The notes under the pieces were generated by a model. That model was not told where the DNA came from. It made no database searches and saw only the letters and a program-made list of their open reading frames with translations. A stretch of 64,000 nt of DNA. It comes from a virus. Its lineage: Duplodnaviria; Caudoviricetes. The position numbers were made by a program, and so were the translations under genes. Position 1 is the first letter of the stretch, and every line of letters starts with the position of its first letter. The DNA lies in IMG/VR virus record IMGVR_UViG_3300037484_000333, positions 8,635 to 72,634 of that record. One strand, written 5' to 3'. Positions 38,850 to 46,681 of this stretch are shown piece after piece.

Positions 38850-38864
38850 TTGGTAACTCCTAGT

Positions 38865-39110
38865 TTACTTTTGGCCTATTGTCAGGAGCCGACCTACGCC
38901 ATAGGCCACTACTATCAATAAGCTTGCAGCAATGAGCAGAGGCCACATAACGGCAATAACCCCAGCCATACACAGGTCTGCTGTCTGGTCGCTAAGTTCC
39001 CCTCTTAGGTTTCTTGACGCCTCGTTCCTGATATAATGCCTTGCAAGAAGGCTTCCAAGGATGAGGTAAAGGACTGACAACCCCACAATGGATGTTATGG
39101 TTACTAACAA
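38865..39110 (-). CDS. Two-TM membrane protein
   Basis: Two hydrophobic helices. Confidence 0.55.
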   Translation of the reverse strand: MLVTITSIVGLSVLYLILGSLLARHYIRNEASRNLRGELSDQTADLCMAGVIAVMWPLLIAASLLIVVAYGVGRLLTIGQK

Positions 39111-39119
39111 GTTGTGCTC

Positions 39120-39743
39120 CTATCTAGGCCAGCAGGACCACTCCCATTGCCGACCTACACTAACAAACCACGCTGCCGCTTCCCAAGCCACTGTCCTGTT
39201 ACATGGGTCGGCAGCGGCAAAGGGTGTGGTAGCCCAGGTGCTCGGCATAAATTGAAATGGACCTAACTCACCTGAGCTACCTACCTTACATTCCTCATAT
39301 TGGTGGCGGCTCTCGCACCACTCGACATACCATAGGGTGTCAAGAAACTGTTCTACATTATACTTAGAAACCGCAACTTGCGCTAATCTTGGGGGAGTCT
39401 CCCCGTTGTTCGGGATTGGATGTTGTCCTCCCACCCCTGAAGGTACCCCGCCTTGTACCACTCCTTCAGGACTTCCTCCAACTTCTCCCTGTCCTTGTAC
39501 CACGGTAGCGGGTTCAGCCGACGCCACCATAATGCTATCACTTGCGGCAATGAGATCAACTGTCGTAAGAGGCACATGGTTTATACTCCGAACAAGATCA
39601 AAAGGTTGAGCCATAAGAACACTGCGATCAACTTCGTTAAGAAGTCTATCATAGTCCTCCCTACTATCTACCTGCAGGCTAACCGCCGAACACCCTATAG
39701 CTATGGCTATGAGTATTGTGGCTATCAGCGGTAGGAGCCTCAG
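39120..39743 (-). CDS. Secreted/lipoprotein lytic transglycosylase (SLT/lysozyme-like), predicted CTG start
   Basis: VEWCES...GELGPFQFMPSTW...W.CW. The extension adds MRLLPLIATILIAIAIGC; CTG overlaps the upstream TGA (CTGA), 7 nt after GGAGG. Confidence 0.75.
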   Translation of the reverse strand: MRLLPLIATILIAIAIGCSAVSLQVDSREDYDRLLNEVDRSVLMAQPFDLVRSINHVPLTTVDLIAASDSIMVASAEPATVVQGQGEVGGSPEGVVQGGVPSGVGGQHPIPNNGETPPRLAQVAVSKYNVEQFLDTLWYVEWCESRHQYEECKVGSSGELGPFQFMPSTWATTPFAAADPCNRTVAWEAAAWFVSVGRQWEWSCWPR

Positions 39744-39922
39744 GCTCGTTCCTCCACTGTTAGGTTCTTCTTCACTGCTTGGAAACCTATCTGAATGAGG
39801 TTAGCTTTGCCACACTTGATACACTCGAAGTCTTCGACACCACTAGACTCAGCGTACCAGACTTCTCTATTCAGTTCCCCGCAGTAAGCGCACTCCAAGG
39901 CTAGTACAAACCTATCTCCCAT
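39740..39922 (-). CDS. Zn-ribbon protein
   Basis: CAYCG...CIKCG. Confidence 0.55.
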   Translation of the reverse strand: MGDRFVLALECAYCGELNREVWYAESSGVEDFECIKCGKANLIQIGFQAVKKNLTVEERA

Positions 39923-40130
39923 TAATTACCTCCTGTAACTCTTTCAACCTTCCCTCTATATCCACCCACCCACCGCCATACAACCCTTCAAACTTGGCTA
40001 CCTCTCCACACTTAACACATACTCCCTGGTTTGAACCCTCAGGGAGTACCCAATGGTGGGCAGGTAAACTATTACAGGGACAACTATCCCTATGACACTT
40101 AATGGTATCACACATCGCAGAAGTTCGCAT
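39912..40130 (-). CDS. Cys/His-rich hypothetical protein
   Basis: ATG just downstream of the promoter; CDT.KCH..C.C...HHW...CVKCG. Confidence 0.45.
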   Translation of the reverse strand: MRTSAMCDTIKCHRDSCPCNSLPAHHWVLPEGSNQGVCVKCGEVAKFEGLYGGGWVDIEGRLKELQEVINGR

Positions 40131-40139
40131 AGTATTCCT

Positions 40140-40169
40140 ATTATAAGGTAATAAGTCCAGTGGTGTCAA
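40140..40169 (-). promoter_or_regulatory. Sigma70-type promoter
   Basis: TTGACA-18-TATAAT. Confidence 0.6.
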
Positions 40170-40230
40170 GCCATTTCTGACCTGACACCACAAACGTCGT
40201 CAGCGCTGACGGAGGACCCGCGTAATAGGG

Positions 40231-40671
40231 TTAATCGCCTCCGATAATGCGCCTAGTGACGATGACGGTGGCTCCATCAGGTGCCTGGTCGTCGAGGTAG
40301 GCCTGGCGACTGTTCAGGCGGAGGTCACCATCGGCGTCGAGACCAGCGGCTTCCAAGGCGTCGCCGACAGTACCGTTATCCGGAATGGCGAACTCCCTGA
40401 CTTCTCCACCGACCTCTCCAACCTTCACGACCTTCTGCCCACCACGGGGCTGGGTCATGATCAGCACAGAGTCGCCGTTGCTCAGGGGGTGCCGGTCGCT
40501 ACTGATGCGCTCTTGCTGCCCCGCGTGGGTGACCCGTACCTCATCGTTGCCCCAAGATTCGCTGGCAGCCGAGAACAGGTCAGCCACCACAGAACCGGGC
40601 AATAGGGTATAGTTCTTCCGCTCACCACCGATGCGAGCGATAGCCACGTCGATCGTCGTCTCGTTGACCAC
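40231..40671 (-). CDS. Tandem di-ubiquitin-like (beta-grasp) precursor, ...PRGG|QK...IIGG|D
   Basis: Two alignable ~70-aa beta-grasp units, each ending GG; SD AAGGAG plus GTG at 40671; in an operon with E1/JAB/E2. Confidence 0.8.
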   Translation of the reverse strand: MVNETTIDVAIARIGGERKNYTLLPGSVVADLFSAASESWGNDEVRVTHAGQQERISSDRHPLSNGDSVLIMTQPRGGQKVVKVGEVGGEVREFAIPDNGTVGDALEAAGLDADGDLRLNSRQAYLDDQAPDGATVIVTRRIIGGD

Positions 40672-40719
40672 GATCCACTCCTTTCTGGTACTTTGCAGTA
40701 CCAACTAAACTAACAACTA

Positions 40720-41211
40720 CTATTGATGGCAGTTACAACTGCAATTGAAGCCATCTACACAATGGCAGGGGCAGTCGCAGGTATCGTCGTCGTAGCACCC
40801 ACACCTCTCACAGGTGGGCTCCTCTTCCTCCTCCTCTTCATCCTCGTCGTCAGTTGGGTTGGGAAGTTCTCCACGAGGTTCCAGACCATCCGACCGACCA
40901 CCACCTACTGGGAAGCTGGCTGAGTCTGCGTCAGTTCGATTCCACACCCTCAGCACGTCAAGATGACGCAGTAGGGTACCAGTACAGACGTACCGCCCAC
41001 CCACACTGAGACGGTCACCACTGTATAGGATGCCCAGCCTCTCCAGTATAGTGCTAATCCAGGCGTCCCGCCAAGGCATGACCAACTCTATAGTGGGCTG
41101 GTTCAGGCGCGCCACGTAGACTGTGATCATCCTATCGTCGTTGGGCCTATCGTTAGGCCTGTACTGCATGGCTGGACGGGCTGCAGTATAAGGTGCAGGA
41201 TCATTCGTCAT
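40720..41211 (-). CDS. Ubl-like domain plus acidic linker plus 10-Cys metal-binding tail
   Basis: ITVYVARLNQPTIEL...ISTILERLGI...LRHLDVLRV resembles the di-Ubl units; FPVGGG; DDEDEEEEEEE; CERCGC...CDCPCHC...CSCNCHQ. Confidence 0.55.
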   Translation of the reverse strand: MTNDPAPYTAARPAMQYRPNDRPNDDRMITVYVARLNQPTIELVMPWRDAWISTILERLGILYSGDRLSVGGRYVCTGTLLRHLDVLRVWNRTDADSASFPVGGGRSDGLEPRGELPNPTDDEDEEEEEEEPTCERCGCYDDDTCDCPCHCVDGFNCSCNCHQ

Positions 41212-41881
41212 TACCAACTCCCCATGAGTTGACTATGCTGCGAAGGGTCTTGAGATTCTGTATGTACTCTCCCCAACACTCCTCCTTCCTAGCGAACGCG
41301 GCTATCCTGCTGGTGATAACACCTCCAATCACAAAGGGACAGTAGATCACAGACGAGTTGGTACATGGCCTACCGTCCTTACCCTGGTCACCATATAGTG
41401 AGCCTTCATACTTGTCTACGTGGTCTGGGTCACAGGGATTGACTGCGTAGACCCTTAAGTCTTCCCCATCCATACGCCCATCGACGTACAGGGGGTAGTT
41501 AGGGTCATACTTCACAGCCTGCCAGATTTCACTCCTGACAGCCATTGAGTCAACCCCAGAGATGATGACCCCAGGTCGCAGTTTGGTATCAGGGAACCTC
41601 CCATCAACTGCCAGTATGTTGACTGATGATAGATGAGCCAGCTCACGCGCCAACAGAACTACCTTGAGTTCGCCGACTCCATCTGGTGGGTACAAGACCT
41701 GGTTAGGTACGTTGTGGGCCTCTACCCTGTCGAAGTCGATGACCATTAGGTCCTTTACACCCATCTTGGCGACTGCTAAGGCGGTAGGCGAACCTATGCC
41801 ACCTGCCCCGACTATGGTGACTGGAAAGTCGAGTAGGTCAACCTGGACTACGTCTTGTTGCCTCGAATAGTCTATTGCCAA
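41201..41881 (-). CDS. ThiF/MoeB/E1-like activating enzyme
   Basis: YSRQ, VGAGGIGS, DFDRVEAHNVPNQ, SGVDSM..R, VDGRM, candidate catalytic PCT. Confidence 0.9.
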   Translation of the reverse strand: MAIDYSRQQDVVQVDLLDFPVTIVGAGGIGSPTALAVAKMGVKDLMVIDFDRVEAHNVPNQVLYPPDGVGELKVVLLARELAHLSSVNILAVDGRFPDTKLRPGVIISGVDSMAVRSEIWQAVKYDPNYPLYVDGRMDGEDLRVYAVNPCDPDHVDKYEGSLYGDQGKDGRPCTNSSVIYCPFVIGGVITSRIAAFARKEECWGEYIQNLKTLRSIVNSWGVGNDE

Positions 41882-41891
41882 GTACTACCTC

Positions 41892-42710
41892 CTAATGTTT
41901 GTCAAGGAAGGTCTGAAACGGGTCGTCACTGTCACGTCGCTTACCCTTCTTGCCTTTGTTACGTGGGTTACCCCGCTTGTAGGCATCGGCCTTGCTAGTT
42001 GACCTATCTATGCGGATGACCTCTCCATCCACACAGTTAGCGGCCACTTTGGCTAGCGCAGCCTCCACGTCTCTGGCCTTACGGGTATTAGGGTGGAGGC
42101 CAGAGCTGTAGTCGTCCTTAGATACGTTAGCCGAAATACTCTTCCCAATCGGGCCAAAAGGGGTTTGAGGTATTACCACCTTCCGCTCCCTGACCTTCTG
42201 CTTGACCTCCTCGGCACACTCCTCGTCCACATCCATTGCGGGGTATAGAACAGTCAGGTCAAACTCTTCCTCGACGGCAGACGTACCGCCCAGGCATTTG
42301 GGTAGCGTGGCTATGCCGTATACCGATCCCTTCCAGTCGTTAGCCTTATTCCCTACCAGGTAGGCGAACCAAGGAACAGTCTGCCCTACCATTTGTTCCA
42401 TAGTGGTACGGTCTGTCTGGCTCCAGAAGCAGGCAGTGTGGGCGTGGCTATGCCACCAAAGGCGCAGCTCAGTAGGGTCACCGCCTTCCTCCATCCACTG
42501 CTGGATGTACTCGGCTATTGGAGTGGTATCTAGCTCAGTACCACCTGCACTACACTCCTGGTCAAATAGGACGACCTTGGTTATTACTAACCTTCCGTCT
42601 ATCTCCTTTACGTGGCCGAGGCCAGATACTTCCCCAGTGGCGTGCTTGATGTAGGATCGGAGCCTAGAGTATGGCTCCAACTCTATGTATACGTTGGCTT
42701 TGGTTGCCAA
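41892..42710 (-). CDS. JAB/MPN+ isopeptidase
   Basis: GEVSGLG...WWHSHAHTACFWSQTD matches E-xn-H-x-H-x7-S-x2-D. Confidence 0.9.
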   Translation of the reverse strand: MATKANVYIELEPYSRLRSYIKHATGEVSGLGHVKEIDGRLVITKVVLFDQECSAGGTELDTTPIAEYIQQWMEEGGDPTELRLWWHSHAHTACFWSQTDRTTMEQMVGQTVPWFAYLVGNKANDWKGSVYGIATLPKCLGGTSAVEEEFDLTVLYPAMDVDEECAEEVKQKVRERKVVIPQTPFGPIGKSISANVSKDDYSSGLHPNTRKARDVEAALAKVAANCVDGEVIRIDRSTSKADAYKRGNPRNKGKKGKRRDSDDPFQTFLDKH

Positions 42711-42721
42711 AACTTCGCCTC

Positions 42722-44170
42722 CTATCGAGTGACAGTAGTTACTGTAGTTCCCGCGTCTCCATTATGATATACAAACCCTGCTACTCGTTCAATGTCATCC
42801 CAACGCAGTGTCGTCCCAGTGTTGGGATCAACCGCCTCCGCAGGTTCGAGAGCAACTAACTCTTCCAACGCCTCGTCGTAGTCCATGACTGTTGGGGCTT
42901 TCCCTTCCTTCTTAGGTTCCACTCCCACAGGATTCCAGTGTGCGCGCAACCTAGTTATGTATATACCGTCATGTTCCTTCTCGTTGATGTGGTTGAGGAA
43001 CTTGACCAGGACTGCCAAGGCGGTAGGAAAGTCCCCCGCGCCTATCAGCTTGGTTACTGGAGTCTGTAGGTTGCCGAGACAGACGTATGCCCCACCATCA
43101 TAGACGTGAGGGTGTTGAATGTCGTTGTAGAAGCCTTCACTCGTACCCTTCATCACTTCCTTGGCCCGCTGGTTTATTATCCTGATGCGGCCATTGGTGC
43201 CAATAGTAATACGGAAGGCTCCAAGGTCCCACGTATCGCCGTCAGCCTCAACTATGATAGTGTGCGTTTCAGCCACCACTGCTGAACCAGCAATGACTAC
43301 GTTCTTTATACCCTCAACAGCCTTGAGACGGACAAACTCGTCCTTGAGTTCTTCTTCCTTCTTGTCTGGCTCCTCGTAAGCCCTGAGCTGGCGGATATAC
43401 TTGGCCTCGTCTTGCATCCTTCCAACTAGGGCTTCTTGGTAGGAAACTATGTCATTACGGGTAGACTGCAACTGGCCAACCAAATTCTGTTTCTGAGCCT
43501 CATACCCCTTAGTACGAAGTTCGATGTAGAGATTCTCATAGTCAGGAGGTGGAGGTGGAACAGCCACTGCCCTGTTTGACGGTAGCTGCCTGAGTAGTTC
43601 ATGCCACCACCAACCACTAATGCCAACCGCAAATAGGTACAGTACTCTACTATCAATGTAGGCAGCTACCACCTCACCATCTACCTTGATTAGGTGATAG
43701 TCATCGCCCCAGTTCTCAGGGTGGGTATAGGTAGGAGTTGTAGGCCTTCTAACGTTGTCCCGAAGCCTGTTAACACCCAATCCGGAGTCGACCATCACAG
43801 TCCAGCCCCTATGGGTGGACATGACCCCTCTAAAGTCGCTCCTATAGACGTTGAACGGACGTCCAAAGTATGGAGCCCACAAACCCAGCCAACGACGTAT
43901 TGTTGGTAGGCTATACCCAACCCACCCTCGACCATGAGCCTGTACTGCATCTGGTATTGTTAAGGCTACTATACTACGGTTAGTGTTGTATTCAGGCCAA
44001 TACTCAAGGAGACGCAGACCTAACGACCTCCGAACTGCTGCCAAGTGCCTGTAACTAACGGCAATCCCTGTGTTGGCCCCTGCCGTCGCAGTCGGTCTAT
44101 CAGACGGATCACAAGGTATGTCAGGAAGGTCTGCAAGAGTGAAGCCCTCAAGGTAGTAGTAATCAGCCAT
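42722..44170 (-). CDS. Prokaryotic E2-like conjugating enzyme with long N-terminal/coiled-coil extension
   Basis: DLGAFRITI...QHPHVYDGGAYVCLGN...LAVLVKFL (UBC-like HPx-V...CL); SD GAGGAGG plus ATG at 44170. Confidence 0.75.
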   Translation of the reverse strand: MADYYYLEGFTLADLPDIPCDPSDRPTATAGANTGIAVSYRHLAAVRRSLGLRLLEYWPEYNTNRSIVALTIPDAVQAHGRGWVGYSLPTIRRWLGLWAPYFGRPFNVYRSDFRGVMSTHRGWTVMVDSGLGVNRLRDNVRRPTTPTYTHPENWGDDYHLIKVDGEVVAAYIDSRVLYLFAVGISGWWWHELLRQLPSNRAVAVPPPPPDYENLYIELRTKGYEAQKQNLVGQLQSTRNDIVSYQEALVGRMQDEAKYIRQLRAYEEPDKKEEELKDEFVRLKAVEGIKNVVIAGSAVVAETHTIIVEADGDTWDLGAFRITIGTNGRIRIINQRAKEVMKGTSEGFYNDIQHPHVYDGGAYVCLGNLQTPVTKLIGAGDFPTALAVLVKFLNHINEKEHDGIYITRLRAHWNPVGVEPKKEGKAPTVMDYDEALEELVALEPAEAVDPNTGTTLRWDDIERVAGFVYHNGDAGTTVTTVTR

Positions 44171-44462
44171 CAGTTTCCTCCTCGGAGTCCCAAACCATGA
44201 GGATTTCACCATTACTGGAGTGGCTATCCCACAGTTCGTCGGCAGACTTAACGAACTCGTCGGCTTCGGACGGGTCCTCCAAGCTGATAGCCATGTAGCA
44301 GTCTGAGACCCACTGGACGTAGTCTTCCTCGTTCATTAAGATTACCATCTTGGGAGATAGTGGTTCTAGGAATAACTCTTGCAGGGCTACCCTCAGCTCG
44401 TCACAGATCAACATGGAGTCTGAAACCTGCCGCCATATGATTGAGGCTGATGCTACGTTCAC
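44163..44462 (-). CDS. Hypothetical acidic protein
   Basis: Coupled to the E2 gene. Confidence 0.4.
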   Translation of the reverse strand: MNVASASIIWRQVSDSMLICDELRVALQELFLEPLSPKMVILMNEEDYVQWVSDCYMAISLEDPSEADEFVKSADELWDSHSSNGEILMVWDSEEETDG

Positions 44463-44722
44463 TTACCACCTGCCAATCTGCTGAACGATTGCTTCAGAGC
44501 CCTCCAACGTACAAAGGTAAGGCGTTGGCGCTCCTCTTCAGTCAATTCCTCCGACCTTTCACAGAATATACTGGCGAGGTCCCAGGCATGTCTAGCCCAA
44601 GCGGTACACTCTTCACAAAGCCAGAATTTGTAGCCATTATCGGCCTCAAACTCAGCACACTCCCCTGGAGCCGTACAATACTGGCAAACACCATATATTC
44701 TGCCTAACTCCACTACTATCAA
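44459..44722 (-). CDS. Zn-finger-like hypothetical protein
   Basis: CQYC...CEEC. Confidence 0.45.
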   Translation of the reverse strand: MIVVELGRIYGVCQYCTAPGECAEFEADNGYKFWLCEECTAWARHAWDLASIFCERSEELTEEERQRLTFVRWRALKQSFSRLAGGK

Positions 44723-44896
44723 GTCATTTTCACTACCTTTTACTTGTAATTACCACCAGTTAGGGTATTTACTGCCATTAGGATGGTATCTGCAGCCACT
44801 GCCCATCTGTCGTCCTCTAGTATACGCAGGTTCTTCATACATACGTCGTACCTACGCCATAGTTCGGCAAGTGTGGCTGGAGAGTTGTCCTTCATC

Positions 44897-45271
44897 CTAA
44901 TACTTCATCATTACGTCGCCAACCACCACTCCATGAGTACTGGGGTCGAGGGCTATATGTTGTACCCCACTGAAGTTCGGGTTGGACCTAACACCGATAA
45001 GGGGGTGGAACTTCAGCACATTCCCATCTTGGCCAGTTACCAGGCAGTGGACCATAGTGCACTCCACAGTCTCTTCCCTCTGCCAGACCTTAAAGGACTG
45101 TGCTTGTTTGAAGGTCAAGTATATGACTTCGTCGTCATAAGCCTCTTCCGGCTCCACTCCCCGACCTCTAAGCCACTCGCATAGTCTCATCATTCGTACT
45201 TCACCACCCTCTATTTCACCTGCAAATATTACCTTTGGACCACTGGCAGTCCTATTGGGAACCTTCATCGG
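44897..45271 (-). CDS. Hypothetical protein
   Basis: ORF track; start position approximate. Confidence 0.35.
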   Translation of the reverse strand, partial: PMKVPNRTASGPKVIFAGEIEGGEVRMMRLCEWLRGRGVEPEEAYDDEVIYLTFKQAQSFKVWQREETVECTMVHCLVTGQDGNVLKFHPLIGVRSNPNFSGVQHIALDPSTHGVVVGDVMMKY

Positions 45272-45440
45272 CACCCTCTTCTTTTTCAGCCATGTAAAGA
45301 TCGATCCAAACATCAAGACCTTCATCCAGTATGGCAGCAACCATGTCTTCGGGGCTGGAGTACTGGTCGGCGTAGTAGGTGTAGCACTCCATTAGGTCGT
45401 TGTAGGCATGGTCAGCTATTGTGACCACCAGGCTTTTCAC
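45252..45440 (-). CDS. Hypothetical protein
   Basis: SD GGAGG. Confidence 0.45.
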   Translation of the reverse strand: MKSLVVTIADHAYNDLMECYTYYADQYSSPEDMVAAILDEGLDVWIDLYMAEKEEGADEGSQ

Positions 45441-45459
45441 TCATGTTCACCTCCATCTA

Positions 45460-45663
45460 TCAAGTATTGGTCTGGATTCTAATCTCGTGCCAACAAGGTC
45501 GGGTGATAAACTTACCCACCCTTTCCTTAAGGTGAGCCTCGCAAAGATTGAGGGGGGCTGTCATTATGTCAAACTGTAGCTCGTACACCCCGTAGCAATG
45601 GCAAGTTGGACCGTCCGGTGGGTAGTGCTGGCACATTGGCATAGTTAGCTTCCTTATTATCAC
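45460..45663 (-). CDS. Zn-finger-like hypothetical protein
   Basis: CQH...C...LCEAH. Confidence 0.45.
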   Translation of the reverse strand: MIIRKLTMPMCQHYPPDGPTCHCYGVYELQFDIMTAPLNLCEAHLKERVGKFITRPCWHEIRIQTNT

Positions 45664-45697
45664 CTCGTACCTCCTTAGAACGTGCTATACTTTAACT

Positions 45698-46021
45698 ATG
45701 GATACAAACCCAGAGAAGAACAGGCAATACCAACGTGACTGGTACTACCGTAACCAAGGTAAGAAGAAGGCGGCGGTTAAGGCACGTCGAGAGCAGATAA
45801 GGGTAGACCTCCTTGGACTGCGAGGCAATAGGTGTGTAGTATGTGGTGAGACTGCCATAATGTGTCTCCAGTTCCATCACCGTGACCCCTCAACAAAGCT
45901 ATTCGACATCAGTGCTGGCATCAGACGTGGGCTAGGGTGGAACCTAATCCTGGCAGAGGCTGAAAAGTGCGACATCTACTGTAGCAACTGCCATTTGAAG
46001 GAAACGTCTGAAAGTTACTAA
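45698..46021 (+). CDS. HNH endonuclease, oriented against the surrounding operon
   Basis: CVVCG...LQFHHRDP..K.F.IS...EAEKCDIYCSNCH; own TATACT -10 just upstream. Confidence 0.8.
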   Translation: MDTNPEKNRQYQRDWYYRNQGKKKAAVKARREQIRVDLLGLRGNRCVVCGETAIMCLQFHHRDPSTKLFDISAGIRRGLGWNLILAEAEKCDIYCSNCHLKETSESY

Positions 46022-46147
46022 TTTCTGGAACTCCTTGTGACTCCGGTAGGCAATAACTGAACTCAAGGCAATCTTAGAACGCGGTTTCGGTTGCAAGATG
46101 GGGGCACCGTTCTAGGAAAGGGGGTCGATCAGTGGGTAGCTCCACAC

Positions 46148-46525
46148 CTATTTATCATACCCTAACCTCCTCAACTCTTCGTCAAGGAGAGACCGCCGTC
46201 TGAGTAGCTCGTCTCTTCTATACTCTCTCCACGCATCGTGAAGGGTGTCAAGGTTGGTATCATCTTCCAACCACTTCTTCAGTCGCTTGACCTCTGACAT
46301 ATCAGTGGAAAACCAGATACGCTTAAGGTACGCATCTACTGCGTCTACGACTATAGTATCCCAAGGCCGTTGTTCGTAGGCGAGGTACTCGTAATCTACT
46401 GGAACACTAAGGTTGAGTATCTCCCAACCTGGTATCTCTATATGAACGCTGATACTTTCCTCACTGGAGTTGGCCCAATTGAAGTGGCCCTTGCGTACCG
46501 AGACACGATACTGTTCAGCCTTCAT
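46148..46525 (-). CDS. Hypothetical protein
   Basis: ORF track. Confidence 0.5.
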   Translation of the reverse strand: MKAEQYRVSVRKGHFNWANSSEESISVHIEIPGWEILNLSVPVDYEYLAYEQRPWDTIVVDAVDAYLKRIWFSTDMSEVKRLKKWLEDDTNLDTLHDAWREYRRDELLRRRSLLDEELRRLGYDK

Positions 46526-46681
46526 GTTCTTCCCCCAACTGTGGACGTACCCATCCCCTCTTGAACGTTCTCACTTCCCACTTTCCCCACAACCACGAGA
46601 TATATATATCATGCTTGTACGGCTGGAATGGGTCGTCAAACCTCCATACCCGCCAACGTGGGAGACAAGTAGGCACGATTG

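Noticed and set aside
40197-40210. 14-bp perfect palindrome CGTCAGCGCTGACG after the di-Ubl gene
   Set aside because: Single occurrence with no loop or U-tract; not enough to call a terminator or operator.
41201-41881. ThiF/MoeB as a thiamine or molybdopterin auxiliary metabolic gene
   Set aside because: The neighbours are JAB, E2-like and Ubl genes; no ThiG/ThiS/MoaE context, and the Zn-binding CxxC pairs are absent.
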